Shown here: positions 27,534 to 36,374 of the stretch, piece by piece
How the letters are laid out: every line of letters starts with the position of its first letter
Position numbering within the stretch: position 1 is the first letter of the stretch
Assembly (NCBI GenBank): GCA_963668315.1
Contig: OY764216.1
Coordinates: forward strand, 3,008,001 to 3,072,000
Reading direction: 5' to 3'
Length of the DNA: 64,000 nt
From: Spirochaetia bacterium
Lineage (GTDB): Bacteria; Spirochaetota; Spirochaetia; DSM-2461
The notes under the pieces: generated by a model
What the model was told of the DNA's origin: nothing
Databases searched by the model: none
The model's input: only the letters and a program-made list of their open reading frames with translations
Translations under genes and position numbers: made by a program

Positions 27534-28364
27534 ATGAAACGACGCTATCGGCTGCTATTGGCTATGCTTTGCCTAATGATTCTGGCGACGGGATATATCT
27601 TTGCCGACGAATCCGTGTTGAATTATGAGTCGATTGTTATCGATACTTTCGATGGAGAGGGATCGGCTACCTATGCCGATGATGGAGCTCCCATCGTCTG
27701 GAAGGTTTTCGGGAGCAAGTTCTCCACGAGACCCGTACCCGATAACATTGATGATCCCGCAAACTTCCCCAGACAGACCTATGCTATGGATACCTGGCCC
27801 AACGACCTTTTCGGTGCATATCCCGAAGACAGGGAAAGCCTTGGTGTATTCGGTGTATGGACCAGGTTTGACAGAATGGGCAACAATCAGTATGAGATAG
27901 TCGCCGGAGAAGAAGTCGACGGTGAATGGGTTCAGAAACCGATTGAGCTTAACGGAAGAGTTAAAACGATAGACTGGTGGGTATGGGGCTCTAATTTCAA
28001 TTACTACATTGAGATTTATGTCATGGACCACAGAGGCTTCGAATATCAGCTGCTTCCTGTCAGAGTTGACAAGCTCACGGGAAAAAAGATCCAGTCCAAT
28101 CTGAATTATTCCGGTTGGCAGAACTTCTTCATTGACATTCCCAATTATATTGATCAGGAAGTGACCTATCAGCCCCGGAATGCCAATATGAAAATCACCA
28201 AGTTTGTTGTGTATACCGATCCCAGAGAGAAAGTTACCGATTCTTATCTTTATCTGGATCATCTTAAGATGTTGACTGACACCCACGAAAGCGTTTTCGA
28301 CGGTTATGAACTGAAGGAAGGCGCCAAAAGGGATGAAATCTGGGGAGCTCAGGATGAGGAGTAG
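27534..28364 (+). CDS. flaA: Flagellar filament outer-layer (sheath) protein FlaA
   Basis: Signal peptide; PIELNGRVKTIDWWVWGSNFNYYIE, LNYSGWQNF, YLYLDHLK; AAGGAG SD. Confidence 0.88.
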   Translation: MKRRYRLLLAMLCLMILATGYIFADESVLNYESIVIDTFDGEGSATYADDGAPIVWKVFGSKFSTRPVPDNIDDPANFPRQTYAMDTWPNDLFGAYPEDRESLGVFGVWTRFDRMGNNQYEIVAGEEVDGEWVQKPIELNGRVKTIDWWVWGSNFNYYIEIYVMDHRGFEYQLLPVRVDKLTGKKIQSNLNYSGWQNFFIDIPNYIDQEVTYQPRNANMKITKFVVYTDPREKVTDSYLYLDHLKMLTDTHESVFDGYELKEGAKRDEIWGAQDEE

Positions 28365-28368
28365 TCTG

Positions 28369-29100
28369 ATGAATAAAAAAATCCTGCTAACTGTTTCGAT
28401 TTTGGTTCTGGCCCTTTCCTTTGCTGCCGCTCAGGTAAACGGTCCGGATCCCACAAAAACCGGTGTCACTTCCGCTCAGCAGAAGCTCAAGGAAGTCTCG
28501 GTAAGCAAGTTTGAGAATGCCGGATTCTGGTATGGTCTGTTTCCCCGGGATGACGGTTTGCTTTTCCTCCGTTCTTTCCCCGGAAATCCTCTGGATAAGG
28601 AAGCGCTTCCCGAAGAGGTTGAAGCGGGAATTGTCACTCTGGATCAGGACGGCATGATCATGGAAGGTGATAATTTCGTTCTCGGCGCCAAGGTGTATTT
28701 TTTCCACCGGGGTGTCATCAATTTCTCCATTAAGCCCGTACGGCCCCTTCCCATCGAAGGAATTACAAAGACCGTGTCGCTCTGGGTTTGCGGAAGAAAT
28801 ACCAACCACAGACTTGAAATCGTCATTACCGACCATTTCGGAAACGATGCTGTTATAGATATGGGCAAGCTCAATTTCATGGGATGGAAAAAGCTTACCA
28901 TTGCTGTTCCTCCCAATATTGTTCAGAGGGATTACCACTATAATAACAAGATGGGTGTAAGCGTCAGTGCATTTAATATCAAATGTGATCTGGACGATAC
29001 CTATGGTAACTATTACCTCTATCTCGATGATCTGAGAGCCGTTACGGACCTTTTTGCTGAAGCAAACCGCGACGCCGACGACATGGTAGACAGCTGGTAG
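28369..29100 (+). CDS. flaA: Second flagellar sheath protein FlaA
   Basis: Signal peptide; PLPIEGITKTVSLWVCGRN, LNFMGWKKL, YLYLDDLRAVTD. Confidence 0.88.
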   Translation: MNKKILLTVSILVLALSFAAAQVNGPDPTKTGVTSAQQKLKEVSVSKFENAGFWYGLFPRDDGLLFLRSFPGNPLDKEALPEEVEAGIVTLDQDGMIMEGDNFVLGAKVYFFHRGVINFSIKPVRPLPIEGITKTVSLWVCGRNTNHRLEIVITDHFGNDAVIDMGKLNFMGWKKLTIAVPPNIVQRDYHYNNKMGVSVSAFNIKCDLDDTYGNYYLYLDDLRAVTDLFAEANRDADDMVDSW

Positions 29101-29105
29101 GAAAG

Positions 29106-29133
29106 GACCCGTCTCCGGACGGGTTTTTTTTTT
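29106..29133 (+). terminator. Rho-independent terminator after the flaA genes
   Basis: GACCCGTC-TCCG-GACGGGTT + long T-run. Confidence 0.85.
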
Positions 29134-29150
29134 GCCCGAAACTTTATCCT

Positions 29151-30323
29151 ATGGATGATAAGCTTAAAGAATTATCAGAAATCGAGCTTTTTTCCGGTCT
29201 GTCAAAGGAAGATTTATCTTATGTTTCCGAGTTCTGCCTTACCAGAACATTCCGGAAAGGTAATGTCCTTTTTTATGAAGGCGAAGAAGCGGATTGCCTC
29301 TATGTGATTGTGGAAGGCCAGGTGGAAATATGGTCTGATTTCCGGGAAAAGGAGAGGGATCTTCTGGCAATCAGCAAGGAGAAGTGTATTGTCGGTGAGA
29401 TGGCCCTGATTGACAGTCTGCCGAGAAGCGCAACCCTGATTGCCGCCTCTGAAGTCCGGACCTATTACATAGACAGGGGCAGCTATGAGAAAATCATTCT
29501 CAATTGTCCCAGTATCGCTGTCATTCTTATGAAATCTCTATCTAAAATCGTACGGAACAGTAATCAGAGTTATGTTACGACCTTGAGAGAACAAAATAGG
29601 AAAATAGAAACCACCTATAAAGAACTGATTGCCACACAGGAGAAGCTTCATCAGGAAGAAAAGCTGGCCACCATTGGCCAGTTCTCTTCTATGATACTCC
29701 ATGATATACGAAATCCCGTTTCAGTAATAAAAAGCTATTCCGAACTTGCCCTTAAAAAATACGGGGCTGAAATGGATGATAATCTGATTAAGTACTTTTC
29801 CCATATTATAGGAGAGACCAAGAAGCTTAATTTTCTTGCCGCCGATCTGCTGGATTTTTCCAAAGGTCAGATTACCCTGAATTTTTCCATAATTGAGGTT
29901 ACTTCATTTATCAGAACAATTCTGAAAGATCAGATGCCGGCGCTAAATGCCAAGAGTATAAAAGTAAAACTTGACTGCCGCTATAAGGGCGTGGCGCTCA
30001 TCGATGGGGAAAGATTTGAAAGGGTGATTATTAATCTGATCACGAATGCCAGAAAAGCGGTTGCCCCGGGAGGTTCCATTGAGATTCAGACCTGGGAAGA
30101 TAAGGATATACTGCATATGGTCTTTCTGGATAATGGATCAGGAATGTCCCGGGAAACTCTGAACCATCTGTTTGAACCGTTCTATTCCAAAAGCGACAGG
30201 GGAACGGGACTGGGTATGATCATCATTAAAAATATCGTGGAAGTTCATGACGGTTCTGTTTCTGTCAAGAGCCGCGAGGGAGAAGGGACGAAGGTCCATC
30301 TTACTCTTCCTTTGACCCATTAG
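29151..30323 (+). CDS. Cytoplasmic cNMP-binding histidine kinase
   Basis: cNMP domain (LFYEGEEAD..GEMALIDSLPRSAT) + HisKA (ILHDIRNP) + HATPase (NLITNA, DNGSGM, GTGLGM). Confidence 0.9.
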   Translation: MDDKLKELSEIELFSGLSKEDLSYVSEFCLTRTFRKGNVLFYEGEEADCLYVIVEGQVEIWSDFREKERDLLAISKEKCIVGEMALIDSLPRSATLIAASEVRTYYIDRGSYEKIILNCPSIAVILMKSLSKIVRNSNQSYVTTLREQNRKIETTYKELIATQEKLHQEEKLATIGQFSSMILHDIRNPVSVIKSYSELALKKYGAEMDDNLIKYFSHIIGETKKLNFLAADLLDFSKGQITLNFSIIEVTSFIRTILKDQMPALNAKSIKVKLDCRYKGVALIDGERFERVIINLITNARKAVAPGGSIEIQTWEDKDILHMVFLDNGSGMSRETLNHLFEPFYSKSDRGTGLGMIIIKNIVEVHDGSVSVKSREGEGTKVHLTLPLTH

Positions 30324-31135
30324 TTTTTCATGGCTTCGAGAAAAAGCTTCTGAAAATTTATCCGGGTATTGTCCGTTAGTTCTTCCGGTGTTTCCTGTCG
30401 CAATTCTGCAAGGAAATCTAAGGTATAACCGATCTGTCCCGTATGGTTCGTTCTCCCTCTTCGCTGTTGTGGAGAAAGATAGGGGGCATCCGTTTCAACG
30501 AGAATACGGTCTTTCGGTGTATATTGGGCCGCTTCCTGAATATTGAGGGCGCTTTTGTATGTGACATTACCGGCAAAGGAGAGGTAAAAACCCCTATCCA
30601 GTATTTTTCCGGCATAGGATCGGTCTGAGGAAAAACAGTGCATTACTCCGCCTTTTGGCAGGGAATAGCAGTTTAACATATCCAGACAGTCGCGGTCCGC
30701 CTCCCTATTGTGGATGATGACGGGGAGGTTTTCTTCACAAGCCAGTTCCAGCATGGCGGCGAAAAAATCCTTCTGCACTGCCGGTTCGATATCCTTCCAG
30801 TAATAATCCAGTCCGATTTCTCCGACGGCTATGACTTTCTCATGGCGGCACTGATTTCTGAGAATCTCCCGTCGGTCGGTAAGATTTCCCCCCGCATCTT
30901 CAGGATGTATACCTGCTGAGAAATAGAGTCCCTCATAAAGTGATGAGAGGGCAAGCCTTTCGCTGAAATCAGTCTCTTTTACGCCGGCATCCAGAATCCA
31001 GGAAAAGTCGCGGGAAGATAAATATTCAAAAAGCTCATTCAGATCGATACCTTTCTCTTTCATATGAAGAAGGTGGGTATGGGAATCGGTAAGACCCTGA
31101 TAGACGTGATAGGGAGGGTATTTTTTTTTGCTCAT
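30320..31135 (-). CDS. tatD: TatD family hydrolase
   Basis: DSHTHL, AGIHP, VGEIGLDYY, IIHNREA, MHCFS, ETDAPYL. Confidence 0.93.
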   Translation of the reverse strand: MSKKKYPPYHVYQGLTDSHTHLLHMKEKGIDLNELFEYLSSRDFSWILDAGVKETDFSERLALSSLYEGLYFSAGIHPEDAGGNLTDRREILRNQCRHEKVIAVGEIGLDYYWKDIEPAVQKDFFAAMLELACEENLPVIIHNREADRDCLDMLNCYSLPKGGVMHCFSSDRSYAGKILDRGFYLSFAGNVTYKSALNIQEAAQYTPKDRILVETDAPYLSPQQRRGRTNHTGQIGYTLDFLAELRQETPEELTDNTRINFQKLFLEAMKN

Positions 31136-31149
31136 AAAACCTCTGCGGT

Positions 31150-31182
31150 AAAAAAAAGGATCTGCCGGAGCAGACCCTTTTT
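31150..31182 (-). terminator. Terminator after fba
   Basis: A-run-GGATCTGC-CGGA-GCAGACCC-T-run. Confidence 0.7.
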
Positions 31183-31197
31183 CTTATAGAAAAACGA

Positions 31198-32190
31198 TTA
31201 GGCTTTTCCTGCGGAACCAAGAACGTTTTTGTTCTTTTCCATATAAAGTTCTTTCAGAAGATCCCTGGCAGGACCGAGGTACTTACGGGGATCGAATTCA
31301 TCGGGTTTCTCTGCGAATACTTTTCTGATGGCAGCAGTCATGGCGATACGTCCGTCAGAGTCGATATTGATTTTACAGACTGCGGAGGAAGCAGCCTTTC
31401 TGAGCTGTTCTTCGGGGATACCGACGGAATCCTTCATAGCGCCGCCGAACTTATTGATGGTGGCAACATGTTCCTGGGGAACGGAAGAGGAACCGTGGAG
31501 AACGATGGGGAATCCGGGGATTCTTTTTTCGATCTCTTCGAGGATGTCAAAACGAAGGGGAGGGGGAATAAGGATACCGTCAGCGTTTCTGGTACACTGG
31601 GCGGGGGTGAACTTATTGGCTCCGTGGCTGGTTCCAATGGAGATAGCCAGAGAATCAACTCCGGTCTTCTTTACGAAGTCTTCCACTTCTTCGGGGCGGG
31701 TATAGGTGGATTTATCGGCGACAACGTCGTCTTCAACACCGGCCAGAACTCCCAGCTCGCCTTCAACGGTTACGCCGTGGGCATGGGCATAGTCACAGAC
31801 TTTTTTCGTCAGGGCTACATTTTCTTCGTAGGAGTGATGGGAACCGTCGATCATAACGGAGGAAAAACCGTTGTCGATACAATCTTTACAGAGCTCGAAG
31901 GTATCACCGTGGTCCAGGTGAAGAACGATGGGAATTTCGTAACCCAGTTCTTTCACATACTCTACAGCACCTTTTGCCATGTTTCTCAGCAGGGTTGCAT
32001 TAGCGTACTTTCTGGCTCCTGAGGAAACCTGCAGGATAACCGGTGACTTGGTTTCAACACAAGCCTGCAGAATAGCCTGCATCTGCTCCATGTTGTTAAA
32101 GTTGTAAGCGGGAATGGCGTATTTGCCTTCGATGGCTTTGGCAAAAATTTCTTTGCTGTTAACCAGTCCCAGATCTTTGTAATTAGTCAT
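31198..32190 (-). CDS. fba: Class II fructose-1,6-bisphosphate aldolase
   Basis: YAIPAYNFNN, LHLDHG, SVMIDGS, VEGELG, AISIGTSHG, VLHGSS, DPRKYL. Confidence 0.96.
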   Translation of the reverse strand: MTNYKDLGLVNSKEIFAKAIEGKYAIPAYNFNNMEQMQAILQACVETKSPVILQVSSGARKYANATLLRNMAKGAVEYVKELGYEIPIVLHLDHGDTFELCKDCIDNGFSSVMIDGSHHSYEENVALTKKVCDYAHAHGVTVEGELGVLAGVEDDVVADKSTYTRPEEVEDFVKKTGVDSLAISIGTSHGANKFTPAQCTRNADGILIPPPLRFDILEEIEKRIPGFPIVLHGSSSVPQEHVATINKFGGAMKDSVGIPEEQLRKAASSAVCKINIDSDGRIAMTAAIRKVFAEKPDEFDPRKYLGPARDLLKELYMEKNKNVLGSAGKA

Positions 32191-32251
32191 TTATATCTCC
32201 TTCAAGCCGATGGATCATCGACCATATGTTTAACGGAAAATCGTTTCTATA

Positions 32252-32280
32252 AATATAATAAACCCATAGAACTTGGTCAA
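32252..32280 (-). promoter_or_regulatory. Sigma70 promoter of fba
   Basis: TTGACC-N17-TATATT. Confidence 0.7.
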
Positions 32281-32332
32281 TAATGGGTGAAGACATTGGA
32301 ATATAAAATTACCGAATTAGGGGCTATCTCAC

Positions 32333-33496
32333 TTATATTACGGGGTCGGGTACTTCATAGGTCCGCTGAAGGGGGGAGTAGAGGGAGCACCTGTCCATGA
32401 CATCGTCGAATTCCTTGACAAGAATATTGATGAAGTAAACCGTGTTATCCACCATATTGACCTGGAAATAGTAGGGTAGCTGCCCATAGGAAAAGGAGAG
32501 AGAACCGGAATAGGGAAACCATTCCTGTCCGCCCACGGGAATGTAATTATAGGAGTAATACATGACATTAACATCGGAGACGTCATTAAGAGCCACCGTG
32601 GAATAGACAATCTTGTAGCGCAGATCCGATGAAGCGGCCCGGCTGTCCGAGGCCTCTGAAAAACTCAGGTTCAGTACAAAATCCTGGGCTACCGCGGGAA
32701 TCCAGTCGGATCCCGTATCATCAACTGTTATGTCAGAGATTGCGGGAGCCGTGTAGTCGCAGAGAAAAGTATAAGGGGCGGAAGGCTGATTATAATATCC
32801 GGACGTTCCGGCTTCGCAGCTTCCTCCGTTGAGAGATAAGAAGTATTCCCCTTCAGACAGTGATCCGCTGGGATCGATGGAGAAAATCCTGTCTTCCATA
32901 CTTGGATATGTTATGGCGGCAAGTGGATAATTCGACGTGAAATCTTCGACAGTCAGTGTGGAATTGCTGATGAAATCGTTAAACTCCAGGGTTATGTAGG
33001 GAGTTGCAGTCTTGAAAATACGATAGGGTGATGTATTGATAGTATAGTCGGGAGAACCGTAAAAATGAGAGGTCAGCCCTCTGTTGAGATTGATCTCATA
33101 GGTCAGATCATAATAGGTATCTTCCGTTCCGGTATATCCGACAAAATCTTTGGTCAGAGTCATATTCTGAGAGGACTGCCAGTAGCGGTTGCTCAGGGTT
33201 ATATAATTGTAAAATGAAGTGCCCAGTCCCCGGTTGCTTACGGCGAAGGAGGCCGTATGGGGAGCGGTAAAATCCAGAGAGGGGGGGACGGTAAAGCTTA
33301 TTTTCTTATTGTCCCTGTCTATATTGCCGTAGGAATCTAAATAGAAAGCCGTATTATTGTAGCTCTCGAAGACAAAACTTTCGAAATCGAATACATATCC
33401 TGCTTCTTCCACCGGATCGTACCGGTTGAAAAAATCATCACAGGAAGCAAGAGCGACTAATAAGAATAATGAGGAAAACTTTTTAATTCTGTTCAT
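32333..33496 (-). CDS. Tyr-rich lipoprotein with tandem Ig/Fn3-like domains
   Basis: Lipobox ALASC; beta-rich segments KISFTVP, ITLEFNDFI, DYTAP...LSFSEASD...YFINILVKE. Confidence 0.65.
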   Translation of the reverse strand: MNRIKKFSSLFLLVALASCDDFFNRYDPVEEAGYVFDFESFVFESYNNTAFYLDSYGNIDRDNKKISFTVPPSLDFTAPHTASFAVSNRGLGTSFYNYITLSNRYWQSSQNMTLTKDFVGYTGTEDTYYDLTYEINLNRGLTSHFYGSPDYTINTSPYRIFKTATPYITLEFNDFISNSTLTVEDFTSNYPLAAITYPSMEDRIFSIDPSGSLSEGEYFLSLNGGSCEAGTSGYYNQPSAPYTFLCDYTAPAISDITVDDTGSDWIPAVAQDFVLNLSFSEASDSRAASSDLRYKIVYSTVALNDVSDVNVMYYSYNYIPVGGQEWFPYSGSLSFSYGQLPYYFQVNMVDNTVYFINILVKEFDDVMDRCSLYSPLQRTYEVPDPVI

Positions 33497-33587
33497 AATT
33501 ACCCCATATTATTACATTATTTCTTCATTAATATTATACATACAGCCCTTGAAAATACAAATAGAAAAAACAAAATGTCAAAAAAAA

Positions 33588-34961
33588 CTAAAACCGATAC
33601 CCCAGGCGCAGTGATATCTGAGTAATATCCACCTGTCCGTCCTGTATGATCCAAGTATCGTTTCTCTGACTCACTTCCACGAGGAGTCTATCATAATTAA
33701 TGACAAGCCCTCCGCCCCAGGTGAGGAGGGTTCCGGCCGTGGATATCCGCTCTCCCTCCACATGCATACCCATCCAGCGGGACCCCATCTGTGCTTCGGC
33801 AAAAAGATTGACGGGAAAGGGAAACCTGGTCCTTCCGTAGAGGCCCATAGTAACGGTTGTAAAGAAGTCCCCCCTGTCGTTGGGGGCAAGGAAAGCAACG
33901 CGGCCGGTCCAGCCGAGGAAGTTAATAAGGGGGAGATCCTTGTTGATATCGGCCCGTAGAACCGCTTCTATCTCATTAAAAGGGGTTAGTATACCGGCTC
34001 CTTCGGCGAAAGTAAAATTGGTAACCGACTGGTCGAAAACGGCATCCGCAAGGGGAAGGCCGATGAGAAGGTCGGTTCCCCAACGCAAATTTTCGTAATA
34101 GTCTTCATCCCTGATCTTCTGCGGATCCACAATGGTAAATGCACCGGTCAGAACCATCTCTTCCAGGGGCGGATTGATCAGAACCAGGTCGTAGGATCCC
34201 GCCTTAAGCCCGACAAGATTGAACCAGAGAATTATCTCATCCTCGCTGATATATTCGCTGATTGGAAGACGGTGACGCTGACCGTCCCTTTCAAGAAAGG
34301 CTACGATATCTTTGTCAAAATTGGAGCCCTTGAGAATCACCCGGGGATTCTGGGTGTCAAGCAAAGCGGTGCGGGGTTCCAGCTCCGTCACTCGGGGGGA
34401 TACTTTTTCCTTAAGGGTAATGCAGCGTTCTTTCACCGTTTCGCTGCCCGAAGGATTTATAATACGCAGATCGTACTGACCAGCGGCTAGATGTTCCGTT
34501 TCCAGAACAATTTCTATTGTATTATTCCCCTTTTTCTCATAGGCAAGATTTTCCGCCTTACCGTCCCTTTCCAGTCGGATGAGGGCGCCTTCCATTATAT
34601 CAGAGGTATGAACCGTCACTCTTTGAGAGCGCTCGCCCGCAAAGATGGTATGGGGAGGGACGTCGATGATGACCGGCTCCAGATCTTTTAATACGGTCAG
34701 GGTAATCCAGTCTGTCACGGCATCGGTTTTTTCGAATTTGTTCAGAAAGCTGATCCGGTATTCATATTCTCCCGGGGAGAGGTCCAGATAGATAAGGGGA
34801 TCGCTTATTCTTCTTTCAAAGAGGAGCCGGTTATCCTTTTTCAGTTCCAGAAGGAAGGTATGGCCCGGCAGGTCTTCCCACTCCAGCTTGATCCCCTCCT
34901 GTCCCGGGAGAGGGAAAATGAACAGAAGGAATATAAAAGGAAAGATGATCTTTCTTGCCAT
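33588..34961 (-). CDS. Fn3 + two IPT/TIG domains + C-terminal outer-membrane beta-barrel
   Basis: Signal peptide; LSPGEYEYRI; ILKGSNF...GSYDLVLINP IPT repeats; amphipathic strands ending ISLRLGYRF (beta-signal). Confidence 0.7.
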   Translation of the reverse strand: MARKIIFPFIFLLFIFPLPGQEGIKLEWEDLPGHTFLLELKKDNRLLFERRISDPLIYLDLSPGEYEYRISFLNKFEKTDAVTDWITLTVLKDLEPVIIDVPPHTIFAGERSQRVTVHTSDIMEGALIRLERDGKAENLAYEKKGNNTIEIVLETEHLAAGQYDLRIINPSGSETVKERCITLKEKVSPRVTELEPRTALLDTQNPRVILKGSNFDKDIVAFLERDGQRHRLPISEYISEDEIILWFNLVGLKAGSYDLVLINPPLEEMVLTGAFTIVDPQKIRDEDYYENLRWGTDLLIGLPLADAVFDQSVTNFTFAEGAGILTPFNEIEAVLRADINKDLPLINFLGWTGRVAFLAPNDRGDFFTTVTMGLYGRTRFPFPVNLFAEAQMGSRWMGMHVEGERISTAGTLLTWGGGLVINYDRLLVEVSQRNDTWIIQDGQVDITQISLRLGYRF

Positions 34962-36374
34962 CTATCCGTTCCATCCTAAGAGAAGATAGGGGGAAAAGGC
35001 GGTCATGGAGTGGGACTTGAAATGTGTCCAGTCTATGGAATAGCCCAGCTCATAGGTCATTTTTTTTCTGGTATATTGCAGCGCCGCTTCAATCCTGTTG
35101 GTAAAATCCAGAGAATTGACAACACGCCCCTTATTGAAAAAATAGAGGGAATAGGCCGATCCGAAACCGAGGGAGAGGAAGAGATTCACCGGGGTGCCCC
35201 AGTCGGAGAGATAAAAGAAGCTTCCGTCAAGGACTACTTGTGTCAGGGTAAGATAATCGGCAATGGCATCGCTGTACTGGGTATAATGGATCCCCGCGGC
35301 ATAACCCGATTGTCTAAGTAGGGGGAGAGTGTATATTCCGGAATTCTGGAATTTTCGTCTGCCATTCAGGGTGAACCCGAGAAACGAAGTCTTGAACAAT
35401 CGGTCGCTGTCCTTGTCCATGGGGGCGGACAGATGGTAGGCAAATCCGAAAAAGAGGGGAGAGGTTTCTCTTTTCATGCGGATCTGTTCCTCCTGGCTGA
35501 TGATTTTCTCTTCCAGGGCGAGATCTATTTCATTGGAAACCACACCGCCCTCGTTTTCAACGGAAATCCTGTATGTTCCCAGCGCCAGCTCCGACGGATC
35601 GAGGTAGAATGTTATTTCCTCCCCGTAAAAGGTCTCCATATTCTCATATCCGGCAGGGGAGGGCCCGTCTATGACAAGGCGGGCCCGGGAGGAGAAGTTT
35701 TCTCCCTTGATGAGAAATTTCCCGGGGCTGTCTCCCCTGTGGATGACGGAAGGAGAGATCGATTCTATGACAGGAAGACGGCGCTCCGTTATTTTTACGG
35801 CCCTTTCCTTGGCATATTCCTTATTGGAAGGATTGATAACAATCAGATCCCAGAGACCGATTTCATGAAGCATCTCTCCCTGAAAAACAACTTCAAGCTC
35901 CAGCCCTTCGCCAGAGGGGGCGCGGGATTCTTCATAGCCTCTTATTCTATCCTGACCTTTTACAAGGTAGAAACGGCACATTTCATCGAAATTTCTGCCC
36001 CTTATTTCCAGGGTGATGCTCTCTTCATCACTGTAGAAAAGATAAGGCGAGGACCCGTCTATGATGGGCTGGGGGTTGGGATAGACTTGGAGCGGGCTCC
36101 AGTCGCTGCGGGATGCCATTTTTTCGAATTTATTAAATACGGATATCCTGATGTTGTAGGTACCGGGATTCAGAAACAGAGGGAGGGAAGGTTCTTCCGT
36201 TCTGATGGAGTAGAGTATGACGCCACCCGCCTCTATCTCCACCAGATAATAACGGGCCCCCTCAACAGGGGCCCACTCCAGTAATTTCTCTTCCGCGGGA
36301 AACTCGGTGCTTTGCGCCGTAAGAACGAGGGAGGAGAAAAGGAAAAGCAGACAGACCGGTACTTTAGTCTGCAT
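34962..36374 (-). CDS. Paralog: Fn3 + two IPT/TIG domains + probable beta-barrel
   Basis: Shares NKFEK..DW and GxNF/LIVINP motifs with 33588..34961; C-terminal alternating strands ending PYLLLGWNG. Confidence 0.7.
   Translation of the reverse strand: MQTKVPVCLLFLFSSLVLTAQSTEFPAEEKLLEWAPVEGARYYLVEIEAGGVILYSIRTEEPSLPLFLNPGTYNIRISVFNKFEKMASRSDWSPLQVYPNPQPIIDGSSPYLFYSDEESITLEIRGRNFDEMCRFYLVKGQDRIRGYEESRAPSGEGLELEVVFQGEMLHEIGLWDLIVINPSNKEYAKERAVKITERRLPVIESISPSVIHRGDSPGKFLIKGENFSSRARLVIDGPSPAGYENMETFYGEEITFYLDPSELALGTYRISVENEGGVVSNEIDLALEEKIISQEEQIRMKRETSPLFFGFAYHLSAPMDKDSDRLFKTSFLGFTLNGRRKFQNSGIYTLPLLRQSGYAAGIHYTQYSDAIADYLTLTQVVLDGSFFYLSDWGTPVNLFLSLGFGSAYSLYFFNKGRVVNSLDFTNRIEAALQYTRKKMTYELGYSIDWTHFKSHSMTAFSPYLLLGWNG

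Noticed and set aside
35433..36284. 283-aa plus-strand ORF inside the OMP gene
   Set aside because: Shadow ORF antisense to a well-supported gene; no recognisable features
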